Origin: Octopus sinensis
Taxonomy: Eukaryota
Direction: 5' to 3'
DNA: 64,000 nt
Assembly: GCF_006345805.1 (NCBI RefSeq)
Contig: NC_043004.1
Coordinates: forward strand, 25,110,001 to 25,174,000
The notes under the pieces were generated by a model. It did not search any database and had not been told where the DNA came from. It worked only from the letters and a program-made list of their open reading frames with translations. The position numbers and the translations under genes are program-made. Shown piece by piece: positions 1 to 12,955 of the stretch. Within the stretch, counting starts at the first letter, position 1. Each line of letters begins with the position of its first letter.

Positions 1-264
1 TTACAAGTGATACGAATGATAACTTTTAAAAATTTACAAAATAAAATAAAATATAAATAACTTGATGGTAACATAAAGGAAAATATACAATTCACCGATG
101 GCTCCATTATCCTACAACGTCTTAATTATGGCTTGACATTGCAAAGTCCAGCGAAGATGAAGGGACCCACTATCACTAAATGAAATTATATATTTCTTCA
201 TTGAGAATAATTTGAACCCCTATTATGCCGAATTTTTTATTCCCTAACAAATAAAATCAAATAT

Positions 265-317
<53 letters not shown>

Positions 318-996
318 CATATACACGAGGGCGTTTATACATCCATATCTGTTAACAGCTATTTTAAATACTTTTCTCGCTTAGTGCATGTTCATTTCCT
401 TTTTGGGTTCTGTGATTTTATTGTTGGACTATATAAATGAAGATATTTCCTTCGTGTTGCTGCTTTTCTTTCTACAAAATGAGAAGATACATTGCGGAAG
501 TGTTATTTTAACGAGTTGTATTTATTTATCACCCGATGAAACACATCTGCACCACCAGATGCCCCTGAAACAGTTGTTATGTGTCCCACTCGTGAGGATC
601 AATGCTAGATATGTCGAAACAATCTATCTATTTATCTATCTATCTATCTATTTACATACACATATATCTATATTGTTTAATATATATATATTCTTTATTC
701 TTTTATTTTTTTTAAGTCATTCCTCTTGATGCACATCTGCTTATTCCATTATTACAATCCAGAATGTAGCCTTAGTTGTCACATACTGAATTACACGTGT
801 TTCATTTGCTAATAGGAGTTACAAAGCTTTACATGTTAAGAATTTCCTATTAGAAATTCTTCAGAAAGAGAAATTAAATAATAATGTATTATCATTTTAT
901 TATACATACATGCATACATGCAGACATACACACACACGTGCAAACATACACACACACAAACACATACACACAAGCACACACACACACATACACACG

Positions 997-1047
<51 letters not shown>

Positions 1048-1274
1048 ACATAAACATACATATCAGCCAACATATAAATATCTATTTATGTGACTAAATG
1101 TATTTGTTGGCCTATCCATCTGTGCATCTATCATTTTATCTCTTGTCTAAACATTCACACAAATATGCACATTCACATATATACACTTGCACAAACACGC
1201 AAACACAAAGATATACTCCCATACATATAATAACAAATATAATGAAGAAAGTAAAATATAAATCAATAATATTT

Positions 1275-1690
1275 ATTTCTTTATTGCCCACAGGGGGCTA
1301 AGCATAGAGAGGACAAACAAGGACAAACAAAGGGCTTAAATCGATTACATCGACCCCAGTGCGTAACTGGTACTTATTTAATCGACCCCCGAGAGGATGA
1401 AAGGCAAAGTCAACCTCGGCGGAATTTGAACTCAGAACATAACGGCATGCGAAATACCTATTTCTTTACTACCCACAAGGGACTAAACACAGAAGTAACA
1501 AACAAGGACAGACAAACGGATTAAGTCGATTATATCGACCCCAGTGCGTAACTGGTACTTGATTTATCGACCGCGAAAGGATGAAAGGCAAAGTCGACCT
1601 CGCCGGAATTTGAACTGAGAACGTAACGACAGACGAAATACGGTTACGCATTTCGCCCGGCGTGCTAACGTTTCTGCCAGCTCGCCGTCT
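1275..1690 (-). mobile_element. tRNA-type SINE family A, dimeric copy (full monomer plus headless second monomer)
   Basis: Reverse complement has head GGCGAGCTGGCAGAAACGTTAGC, core TCGACTTTGCCTTTCATCCTTTCGCGGTCGAT and tail CCCTTGTGGGTAGTAAAGAAATAG. The core recurs about 20 times in the window. Confidence 0.85.
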
Positions 1691-2004
1691 TACGTTGAGC
1701 TAAAATATCAATACTGAGTGATAAGTAAACTATTTCGACAGAAATGCAGGTTACTTTCTATTGAGGTTAATTTTTTTACATTGCTAGACAAAAGCATGAA
1801 ACAAATCGCAGAATGAAAGTTTCAAATGTTACTCATTTCTATTGACTTCAAAATTACTAGCAAGTGCAATTTTAATATTCTTGTCGTTGGCCTCAACGTT
1901 TGTTAATGATAACCGATCATTGACCACGGCATGCAATCTTCTGATTTACTGCAAGTCAGAGTGCTGAACGAACTTTGCCAGCCTCGAGTACAGAAGCCTT
2001 TTTT

Positions 2005-2042
<38 letters not shown>

Positions 2043-2789
2043 TCTCGGGAAATGAAACTATATGATGGTACCCTCATCCTGAAAAGGCCCGTTTCATTTT
2101 CATTGAATACAGGATAGGGTATCATGCTCAATGATACACTCAAGAATATAGGGAACTTCCGTAACTATCTGAATGCCTGTACTTGCTCTTTCATCAGAGA
2201 TGCTAATGCTGAGAAGTTTATGTTATCGTTTGAATCTACCAACATCTACTAGTTGTGAACGTTACTGAATTATTTCCATCATCTTCTTGTAAGTTTCTTA
2301 CGCTCCTTGCTTTTCCATTATTATAAGTTGGCCCAGTGACATGTTGCGTTGCATTTTGTCTTCTCCTGATATAGAAAGTGTACCGCTTTCATATGTTTTC
2401 CTCAAATCATAACCCTTGATACTAACAACGAGGTCTCCATAGCAAGCTTTATTTTGTCCGCATTATTCACGATGGTCCTATTCATTGATGTGGTTAAATT
2501 TAAAGACTTACCCACATACCCCTGATGTTTACCCGCTTCCAATCCCTCTCAACAGTTGCAATCTTACGCCCAGTCTAATGCGTTCCCCGGCTGCTTAGCT
2601 GATCTTCCATCCCTTGGGTTTGCAATCAGAATGGCTAAAAAACAAATGTTTGAAACAATTTGGGTGCACGTAAGAGTTTAAGTGAATCATAGTTTCTCAT
2701 ATTTTAGGCTTATAATGTAGTGGTGTTACCATCTCACTAAAAATATTGTTATCAAGAGAAAGGAGGGTTTTAATGAATGAACGTTAAGC

Positions 2790-3211
2790 TGGGTAACGCT
2801 TAAGTGCGGGTGATGCTGAATACACGCGCGCGCACACACATACACATACAAACACACTCACACACAGAGGCATATATTCATACATACACACACAAACATA
2901 TATATATCCATACACATATATAAATATATATATATACATATGTGTATGTATGTACAAACATATATGCATACATATATACATATATAAATACACACACACA
3001 CACATATATATATATACAGATATATTTACAGTACATATACACACAAACATATATATACGTATACACAAACATACAAATATACATATACATATGCATACAT
3101 ACATACATACATATATATAGATAGATAGATAGATATATAGATATACATATATACACCCACACATATATATATCTGTATCTATATCTGCATACATACATAC
3201 ATATATATATA

Positions 3212-3266
<55 letters not shown>

Positions 3267-3360
3267 TATATATATGTTTATTTCCGTAAACTTGCCTTCG
3301 TCTTTTGTCTATTTTCATAAAGCTTCCCGTTATATATATATCTATATCTATATCTATATC

Positions 3361-3442
<82 letters not shown>

Positions 3443-3460
3443 AGCCTTTCTCACACACAC
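2790..3460. repeat. Compound (CA)n/(TA)n/(TAGA)n microsatellite block
   Basis: Direct inspection; it produces the spurious C-V/Y-I/H-T ORFs in the track. Confidence 0.9.
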
Positions 3461-3661
3461 AAACATTCCTTGCTGAATAATAAAATATCTTTTGCAAAAT
3501 ATTAAACATGACAGCGACAGACGACTAATGCAGAAAACGTATGCTGAGAGTTTTCTTTATAGATTCTTGCCATTTCATCGTTGTTACGACTTACCCGTCC
3601 TCTTCTGGCATATCATTCATATCATCCTACACTCCATTACGTGTGTGTTTAGGTATGTGCG

Positions 3662-3698
<37 letters not shown>

Positions 3699-3751
3699 GA
3701 ATGTCTGTATATATGAATATATATGTATATATGTATGTATATATATATATA

Positions 3752-3788
<37 letters not shown>

Positions 3789-3850
3789 AATGTATGTCTG
3801 TATATATGAATATATATGTATATATGTATGTATAGGTAAGTATGTATATA

Positions 3851-4661
3851 ACTGTTCGGGCTAAATTTGACGAGTTACATCCCCCTCTTTATAGAAACAG
3901 TTGGATATATTCGTGGACAGTAAAGGACATCACAGAACAAAGATCAAAGTTGTATTTGAGAAAAAGTTAGCTGACATGAAGGACGAGTCCTCCATCCACC
4001 TCAACATTGAAAAAGAGTCACCTGAATCATGATGACTCGCACCGGGTACAAAAATGTCGACATCATGGCTACTGGTCAATGCTCTTTAAACACTGTAAAG
4101 GATTTAAGACTGATGTAGAAAGCTACGATGGACACTACGATGCCGTAGGAAGGGATGCAACAGGAATAGGAAGGGACACAACAGCAGTAGGAAGGTACAC
4201 AACAGGCGTTCTGACTGCGTGCACCCCATGTCTTTGAACAGAACCTTAGGCTCAGACGGTCATGTGAAGCTGCTGGATATTGTGGTCAATACCTGGCTGG
4301 GAAGGGTTGCTGCTGGAAGATCATATATGTAGCAGGAAGATTTGGTTCCTTGGTATACCTCCAGAAAATGTCAGAAGTGGTTGACGGAGAATTTCTATGA
4401 TTTTAACAGCCCCAATTTCTGGCATCCTAATTCCCCTGATTGTAATCTCGTAGATTACTATGTATGGGGCACAGTTGAGAAATACACTAACCCCTCTGCC
4501 TGTAGCACCAAGGCCTAGATGGTAGTCAAGACCAAGAAGGTGTCCAAAGATCTTAAGCTGCTCAATAGTTTTGATTTTTAAAAATACTTCATTTAGGAAC
4601 GGGATATTTTACTTTTTTTTCCTTTTATGCGAACTCCTAAATTTAGCGCGAACACTCTGTA
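3851..4661 (+). mobile_element. Decayed Tc1/mariner-superfamily (maT/rosa-like) DNA transposon
   Basis: TIR-like ends TGTTCGGGCTAAATTT (3853) and AAATTTAGCGCGAACA (about 4640). Internal translation QEDLVPWYTSRKCQKWLTENF...FWHPNSPDCNLVDYYVWG resembles the WPPxSPDxNPLDYxVWG motif. Contains stops, and 3 x 21-bp internal repeats at about 4146-4207. Confidence 0.7.
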
Positions 4662-4779
4662 CATATATCCATATAAGTATATATATATATATATAATCAT
4701 GTTTTTATTTCTTTAAGAAATATTGTTTAATTCTGTTTGATTATTTATTAAAAATGTGTATTTATTTAACTATTATTGT

Positions 4780-5031
4780 TATTATTGTTAACCTGAGGAG
4801 TGACTATACTTTTAAATTGAATTGTTTTTGGATCGATTAAATTTATATGTAATTCGAATTGAAGATATAGCCACGAAATGTACGTAGTCTATTTATTACT
4901 TATATACTGTTTATTATTATGTACTTTATTGTGATCTAGCTAAATGTTTTATCACATATTTTATTTTTTCTATATGGTATAATTTACGTCTATCATTGTT
5001 TGAATTACATAATAGTGTTTTTTCTCTCATT

Positions 5032-5035
<4 letters not shown>
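4780..5035 (+). mobile_element. AT-rich repeat with a hammerhead-like motif, probable Penelope-like (PLE) derivative
   Basis: CTGAGGA(4793)-GTGACTATA...TATAGCCAC-GAAA(4875). The downstream TGTGATCTAG...GTCTATCATTGT(T/G)TGAATTACATAATAGTG is shared with 59610-59700. Confidence 0.45.
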
Positions 5036-5128
<93 letters not shown>

Positions 5129-6064
5129 GTATATATAAAGTTATGAATGACGTGAGAAATGGTATGATGAAATTTATTTAACAATTGGAAAATTCATATA
5201 TCACAACAAATTGTTTCGTAACTTAAAGCATGTAAAGATAATTTATTTTATTATAATTAAGAATAAATAAATTACATGTCTGCAGCAATGCAAATAAAGC
5301 TTTAAAACAATGGAGAAATTAAGCTACGTTCTCAGGTGAAAGAAAATCCTTTGTTAAATACTAAAGTCTCGGCGTAATGTTTCAAGAATGTGAAGTCAAT
5401 ATTTAAATAGCACGTTAAAAGTTATGGAAGATAATAATAATAAAATCAATATAAATGAATAAAATGATTTCCTAACAAAGAGAAGCGAATTTTACTTATA
5501 TAATTAAACCTCTTCTCTTGTAGTGTTCTACATATTCTATATGTTTTGTAGAATGATACATTAAGGAGCCTCTCAATGAGTACTATCGGATTTGTTGAAT
5601 CCATATATTGAGACTTTATATATAATTGAGATTCAGTTGAATTAAGTATTTAAGTTGAAGCACCAAGTCAGTCTGGTATTATCCGCACAGCTCGAAGTAA
5701 GGTGAATGATATCAAAATAAGCAACAGGTTATCAAGAAGGGATGCAGTACCACCGTTTCAAGCAACCCCATTTAGTTGAACAATGCAATCATTGCTTCAG
5801 TAACTAACTGCAGAGCTATCATCAGCTGCACAAATAAATAGAATTTTAATCAATCGGACATAATGATATAATTTTACTTAAATACTTTAACAGAGCAAGA
5901 TGATGGAAAGATTTTATCCTTTATATATACTGTTCAGTATTTACGTGTTGAAAGAAATTATCTTTCTACTTGTTCTACAATACATTTCAACGCTTCAAAA
6001 ACAAGCTTATATTTGTTTAAATATGACATTATATATATATAAATATGTGTGTGTGTGTGTGTAT

Positions 6065-6095
<31 letters not shown>

Positions 6096-6113
6096 CTTGT
6101 ATATGCATATTGA

Positions 6114-6529
6114 ATTTACAATTACATTTAACATGTTCGTGTACACTCGGACGTAGAAAGACCTTCTGTTGCGGAAATAGTCTCGAATGAAGATTCTCCT
6201 CGTAGTCACCATGTATAAAAATATATTGGATTATGAATGATATCATCAAATCTTGTGATGCATGCGTCTCGAGCTTGTCCAAGCTTTATGCTCACTACCA
6301 AATTTACTGTGCTGTTTTTATATAGAAGAATAACCATATTTATAGGGTTGTGGAAAGCTACTCGGTATTCGTGACTGATGGTGCGTAGTACCGAAGAAGC
6401 GTGTCCACTTTCCTAATATGTTTTCACATCTGTTTTCTAAGAAGAGAGTTTTCTCTTGAGTCTATCACTGCAACGGAAGTGCTTTTACACACCCGAGTGT
6501 ACACGAACGTGTTAAATATCATTGTACAT
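6114..6529. mobile_element. MITE-like element with about 90-bp imperfect terminal inverted repeats
   Basis: ATTTAACATGTTCGTGTACACTCGG (6126-6150) is the reverse complement of CCGAGTGTACACGAACGTGTTAAAT (6493-6517) with 1 mismatch. Weaker complementarity continues inward. Confidence 0.6.
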
Positions 6530-6744
6530 ACGTATATTTTTTCAACGCTGGTTCGTGCGATTCTATGTATGTACTTGTGTGTGCGTGAGTATGTGTGTAT
6601 AAGCTGGTGATATTTGGCATTGGGTATAGTAGTGGGTGTGGGTGTGGGTATGAGATTGGGCGTGGTGGGTAGAATGATGGGCGTAGGAGTGTGGTGGTGG
6701 GTGTGGTTTCAATAAATTTATTACTAAACGATATATACCCCCTT

Positions 6745-6965
6745 ACTGTTCAACGTTGATTAATTTTTTATCTAGCTTCTTACCGTACATCCCTATGTCT
6801 TTGAGCAGTCCTCTGCTCAAGGGCGTTTCAGCCGCGACCATCCTGTATCTTTGTATATTTATGACAACATCGCCAAATGCGTTCTTCCTTTTATGACAGT
6901 CAGATGTGACAAGGGGGAATTTGGTTGCTATTTCTACCGGCTCAAACAACTACGTAGAAACTCCA
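6745..6965 (-). mobile_element. Degenerate SINE-like repeat (family D)
   Basis: Reverse complement TAGAAATAGCAACCAAATTCCCC...GGATGGTCGCGGCTGAAACGCC aligns by eye to 23050-23165. Confidence 0.5.
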
Positions 6966-7223
6966 CCATTAACCTACGTAAGTGCACGTCACACACACAT
7001 ACACAAATATTCACTTATGTACGAACGTTTGTATAACGTGTGTTTGTGTGTGTGTTGTAAATAAGTATATATGTATGTAGATAGACTTATGCATTGCATA
7101 CATGCGTACGTATGTACGTATGTATTTATATATCCAGATATGTTTACTCGTATGTATCCAGTACGTATGTACTTATGTATGTAAAGCTATATATATATAT
7201 ACATAATATATATATATATATAT

Positions 7224-7258
<35 letters not shown>

Positions 7259-7900
7259 ATATATATATATATATATATCAGTATATCTATATCTATCTCT
7301 CTATATATTTATACATGTATGTAAATACGTATGTAATTATATAAATATTTATGTTGGCATCTATGTACGTATGTATGTATATTATAAATAAGCATAGTGA
7401 TGAACTAGCTGTGACGCATGTATTTGTAGTGATGTCACGCGTAGTTCATTATATGTGTACATCATAAAGAATCTGTGTGTGTGTGTGTATGTGTGTGTGT
7501 GTGGGTATGTGGGTGTGGGTGTACGTGAGTGTGGGCGCAAAGTAAGTTTAAAGTACTTACAAAATGATATATCACAGTCAGTCTGTCACAGTAAGAAAGG
7601 AAGTTCAGAAATGTGATATGATGAGCCTAACATTATTGCAACAATAAACAGAACAATGGTATGCAGAATCGGTGGAGCAGCGCTGAATTAAATATTGTGC
7701 TGTACTACGTTCACATAAAGTCTCGGGCTGACTGTCTTTCTGTTAGCCTTAATGGCATTAGTATCATTCATGTACTACTGTCAATATTTACAACCACAGG
7801 ACAGCTCTTAGTGTCCATAGAATTACGCGCAACTTAGTAATTATTATTGAGACAAAAATGCCTGCATTTAAATCTTTTTATGTATGTATATGAGTGTGTA

Positions 7901-7934
<34 letters not shown>

Positions 7935-8064
7935 TATCTGTGTATTCACTTTGTTAGTTGAACTCTTCGAAGAAAATGTTTCGAAAAAATATTGATATAT
8001 CCATACAGACATATTTGTCAATCAATCAATCAGTTAATCAATGAATGAATGAATGAATGAATGA

Positions 8065-8122
<58 letters not shown>

Positions 8123-8222
8123 GTCTGTATGGTTGGTTACATATATTGTCAAGTCCAATTCAACTTGATCTACATGGTAAATTGAATTGTTATTCATAAA
8201 TATGCTTTAAAATTATAAATAT

Positions 8223-8275
<53 letters not shown>

Positions 8276-9103
8276 TATATATATATAATATGACCTTTTC
8301 TGATGCATGTTTATACCACCTTTTTCTATTGAAATTTCATAATACTGGTATAACATCCTTCAATCTATTGCGTCTATAGACGTTCTCTCTCACAGCTAAA
8401 TCTGGGTGGAAAGAAATTACATGGTTATTTCTTCTTAAACTTCACATAATCTGCTATTACTTTGTGTATTCTTTTACCTGAATTTTAGTTGTTTCTGAGA
8501 GAAAAGCTTTAATCGTGAGCTGCAATAAAGAGTTCTTCAGTTGCTGCTTTGATTTCAGGGCCTCTCAGAAATGTGTGCGGTTTTTATATAGTTATTTACA
8601 CCCTCTTCAGTTTTATTCTGGTATTGGCAACGGAAGGTCTTTACTTCGTAATTTATTATAGCTACCTTTAATCCCTGTTAATCCCATACTTTAGCTTAGA
8701 ATTTAGCTTTTGAAAGATTCGTTTTTGTTTCATCTTTCCTCTCGTTATAGTCTGTCATTTAAGCTTTTGTCTTGTATTAGTTTTCTTTATTTTCTTCGTA
8801 TTTTGTAGTTATCTTATAATACTTTTAGCAGAAGGGTGATGTTCTGATGGTGATATTAAAGAAAAGCAGATAGATAGAGAGAGAGGGAGGGAGAGAGAGA
8901 GAGAGACAAAAAGAAAGAGAGAGAGGAGAAAGAGGGAAAGAAAGAGAGAGAGAGGAGAAAGAGGGAAAGAAAGAGAGAGATGATGGTGGTGGTGGTGGTG
9001 GAAGTGGCGATGTTAATGCATAATGAAAAGTAATTTTTTTTTTAAATTGAACTTTTAAAACTTGAAGTTCTTTATAGCGCATATCTCTTAACGCATGCGC
9101 ATC

Positions 9104-9350
9104 CTAAACTTCCCATTCACTTTTGAAAGAAACCAATTTCCCGTTCGCCTGTCATATGCAATGACCATCAACTAATCACAAGGGCAGACATTTGATAAAG
9201 TGGAGCTGTTATTGCCTGAACCTGTATTCAGCTATGGTCAGCTATATGCTGCATTCTGATGTGAGAGTTAAAGTTAACATTGACAAACAAGGGAAAAGAA
9301 GAGGGAGAACTTACACGAAGAATATAGAGTGCAAAGAAGTATTGGATTGA
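9104..9350 (+). mobile_element. Helitron RepHel helicase (PIF1-like) C-terminal remnant
   Basis: Translates [47 protein letters not shown], matching the Helitron/PIF1 motif FPxRLAxAMTINKSQGQT...VFSHGQLYVA. In-frame stops are present. Confidence 0.85.
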
Positions 9351-10266
9351 AAGGTGTACGCAAATTGAAGTGACCTATCGCCTTGGCTTATAAATTACCA
9401 CCGATGTGATTTTCAGAGTATGCCATGTTGCATTAAATTTTTACCCTGTGAAATTGTGACCCCTATATCTAACAACTATACTATAATGGAGAAAGCTGTT
9501 TATTAATTAAGCATGTAACAATTGCTAAAAGTACTAAAAGAAAGCAATTATTAAAGGGTTGACCGTCTGGAAATATTTTTAGAAATTCATGTTTTAAGAA
9601 ATTTCCTATAATTTCGATTTCTCAAGTTTATTGAATTTTTTAAACTCCAGTTCTCGCAAATTCAAATATTAATTACATTCAATGTATCCAATTCTTTACA
9701 GTTTTAAATATTCATTGCATTCACTGCGGAACATTCCATTTTCATTCGCAAAGTCTCTCACTTTCTCTTATAAGTTTTGACCGATAGTTTATTCTGTTAA
9801 TGTACACGTAATATAAAAACATGATTTATTGAATGAAATTAAAAAAAAAATACCCGTATAATTTTTGAACGCGGGATAGCTGTGAGAATAGCCTGGAAAG
9901 CTGAGTAATTACTATTAGAAGACGAGGAGAAAAAAGTTACCGACAAGTACTCGATATTTGCACCTTATTCAGTTTCCAAACATTCTACACCACTAAGCAC
10001 GAGTGACTTCAACAGTGACACACACGCACACCAATACACACTCGCGCACACACATAGATACACATACACACAAATGAAAGGCAATGAATGTGTGTGTACG
10101 CGCATGCGCATGTCTGTGCTCACTGACAAAACTTCGTGCTGAATCACTATTGTGAAGTTTTGTTAGTGAACAGTTCGCAGGTTGAAAGCGACGAAAATAT
10201 TTTGATACAAATGAAATTTTAATGTTGAAGTAAAACTGGTAATACTTAAATACAGAGGTCCCTTAA

Positions 10267-10505
10267 CGGTGCTACTTAAATATAGAGGTACAACTTAAAT
10301 AAAGGTGTTACGTACAAAACATTTTAAAAGTACGCTGTGTGGACGTATAATGACAACCTAACCCTAACCTTAATCTTAACTAACCCTAACCCTAACTAAC
10401 CCTAAAACTAACCTTAACCCTAAAACTAACCCTCCTCTTCATACCGTTACGTAGATGCATCAGGACCTCTGTATTTAAGCGGAACCTCTGTATTTAGTAG
10501 CGCCG
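10267..10505. mobile_element. MITE with TIRs enclosing (CCCTAA)-like telomeric repeats
   Basis: CGGTGCTACTTAAATATAGAGG pairs with the reverse complement of CCTCTGTATTTAGTAGCGCCG. The interior 10357-10432 is degenerate AACCCT repeats. Confidence 0.65.
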
Positions 10506-10689
10506 TGAAGCTAACGGTTTTCATGTATTCTTGGATGGCTTACAAACATCTACGCTGCAATTGTTTTTTTTTTCAGTACACGATCTCAGATCAAGTCATT
10601 GGCTATGCAGGTACATCTCTCTAATTTTTTAAAAGTCACTGTAGATAAATGCCAACAATGACCTTCTCAGGCTCTCCAATATTTTCATT

Positions 10690-11450
10690 TCTAAACAGAA
10701 ACAACCGGGAGGAAGGAGTGGGGTTGCAAAAACTTCATAATTTCTCAAATTTTCTTTTTTATAGCATATAAATGTATTTATGGGGGAAAATATTGAAAAA
10801 CATCAATAAATGTGAGAGTGATAAAGAAACGAGGAGGGCTGTCTTTGGATGCGCTAGAAACAACTTCTAAATCGCCCTTAAGTCACTCATTTTTCCCTCT
10901 GAAAATGTTAACAACTTTAAAAAAAATTACCGAAAATGCTCTTCCCATGGTTTTGAAGTGCAAAAAAAAAAAAAAATTGGCCAAAATAGATCCGGCGTGA
11001 GATAATGCAAGAGGGGGTATAAAAAAGAGTTTGTCAAGTTTTACCTTTCATACAAAGATGCCCTCCCCACAACCACATCATTTCGAAGACTGTGGCTTAT
11101 AAAAATGGGGAAATTCCCCGAAAAAATTTTCCCTACAAATTTCTTTATAATCGTAATCTATGCCGTCTGAAAGGGATTTGTATAAATTTTCATTAAAGGA
11201 TATCCATCTTCCTGAAAGTTATGAGGGAAAAAGTCACATCGTGTGAATTTTCCGAAACTCCTCTCTCCACCCTTCGGAAAAATTATTTCTCATAATTCGC
11301 TATATACTCTGAAGCCACAACATCTTTTTTTTCTGTTTATGGGGGGAAAATGTAAAAAATAAGAGTGGATATTTTTTTTGAGTGCTGTGTATTAAGCCTA
11401 TAAAATTGTGCATAAAGTATATAGAGTATATTTATAAAGTGCATGAAGTA
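10690..11450. repeat. Unclassified AT-rich dispersed repeat (possibly non-autonomous DNA/Helitron type)
   Basis: Recurrent TTTATGGGGGAAAA sub-repeat (about 10777 and 11337); a similar segment occurs at about 43390. Confidence 0.35.
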
Positions 11451-11699
11451 ATAATCGTATTGCAATTTACTTCGCTTTTCAATGACTAGCAGATGAGCGA
11501 CTTTCTTTTGATATAGACACTACAGGCTATGCTTTCAGGTTTTTTGGATAAAGTTTTCAGGAATAACCTAATAGATTTACTATTAATTCCGTGAAATATT
11601 TACGGCTCTCGGTTTCTATTATTTTTTATAAGGTATTTTTGTAATTCTGCCGTAAATATTATACAATAGTTTTTAGTTGTATAAAGTCCCATGCCTCTG

Positions 11700-12400
11700 T
11701 CTTAATCGTAATATCATGTGGTAGTGTCAGATTTTGGACGGTGCATACTACAAGCAGCCATAGTTTTTCTTGTTTTTATGCGTAGCCTTGCTATTTCACT
11801 TAGCCTCCAGCTTGCCACTGGAACCAGACAGAGCTGTGTTTTGGCACCTGTACTTTGTTCCCTATTCTGTTTCAATGATGCTCCAACATGCTTTTCGGGA
11901 TTATCATGAAGGTGTAAAATTCCCGTTTCGCATCTGTTCATCACTATAGTGGAGGTTTTACAGCAGAGTTCTAATTGCATAATTCCTCTTCCCCTTTGCT
12001 TGTAGGTAAGTACCAGCGATCGACGTCAACTTTAGGGTGGTGCATGTTATTAGATCTCAATAACTTTCTTGTCTTCCCGTCCATGCGCTGGAGTTCCGCG
12101 GGATTCCATTTAATGAAATTAAAACTGTCCTGGGCATCTGGAATTGTTAGGGTGTTAACGGCTTCGATGCAATTTTTAGAGCTAATTTTAGTCTTCAGTA
12201 CAAGACTTATTCTCCTATAGTATGCCTTTCTTATTTTTCCTTTATAGTGGCATAACTTATGCCATCTCGTTCAAGTATTTATAAATTTCTCGTGTGCTGA
12301 ATTCTTTGATGGTAGTGCCGATATCTAACAGATGTTGTCTGTCTGAGTTTGTCACTTACAAACGTTGCTTTAGCACACTTATTAAGGTCAAAATCCATCC
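11700..12400 (-). mobile_element. R4/Dong-like non-LTR retrotransposon fragment (post-RT region)
   Basis: Minus strand reads YYRRISLVLKTKISSKNCIEAVNTLTIP...WNPAELQRMDGKTRKLL...MHHPKVDVDRWYLP. This resembles the HHPKADVDRLY motif of REL-type elements. Confidence 0.75.
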
Positions 12401-12589
12401 CGATGTTATTGCTAAACTTTCTAACAATTGTTAGCTACTCTTCTAGTTCTTAGTCATTCCTTACAAACATTCAGATCGTCCATGTAATAAGAGGGTTTAT
12501 ATTGTTAAGAATTTTTTGCCTGTACCTGGTGAGAGAGTGATCAGTGCCATGGAAAAAGAAATGTAATGGGAAGATTATTTTAGCTTTTA

Positions 12590-12955
12590 CCTTTTACATG
12601 TTGCAGTCATTACGCGGCGGCCATATTGGGACATCGCCTTGGAGAATCTTTAGTCGAAGAATCGACCCCAGTACTGTTCTATCCGTTTCTTTTCTGAACC
12701 GCAACGATACGGTGACGTAAACAAACCAAAGCTGGTTTTCAAGTGATAGTGAGGGACAAACACAGACACAAACACACACACACATGCATACAAGCGCGCG
12801 CGTGCACACACACACATACACACGACAAGTTTCTTTCAGTTTCCGTCTATCAAATCCACTCACAAGATTTTGGCCGGTTGCTCGGCCCGAGATTATAGCA
12901 GAAGACAGTTGCCCAAGATACCACACAGTAGTACTGAACCCGGCAGTATGTGGCT
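12590..12955 (-). mobile_element. SINE family B (internal CA microsatellite)
   Basis: Shares TTTCAGTTTCCGTCTA(T/C)CAAATCCACTCACAAG...GGCCCGAG...AGAAGACA(C)TTGCCCAAG with 24640-25045 and 58720-59050. Confidence 0.75.

Noticed and set aside
6900-6977. Apparent 78-nt exon (TTTTATGACAG ... TAC|GTAAGT) with open frames
   Set aside because: It lies in the antisense of a SINE-like family D copy (similar to 23050-23165), so it is more likely chance splice-like motifs in a repeat.
8905-8985. Regularly repeated 26-bp GA-rich units as a CRISPR-like array
   Set aside because: No unique spacers; it is a low-complexity purine tandem repeat in a eukaryotic context.
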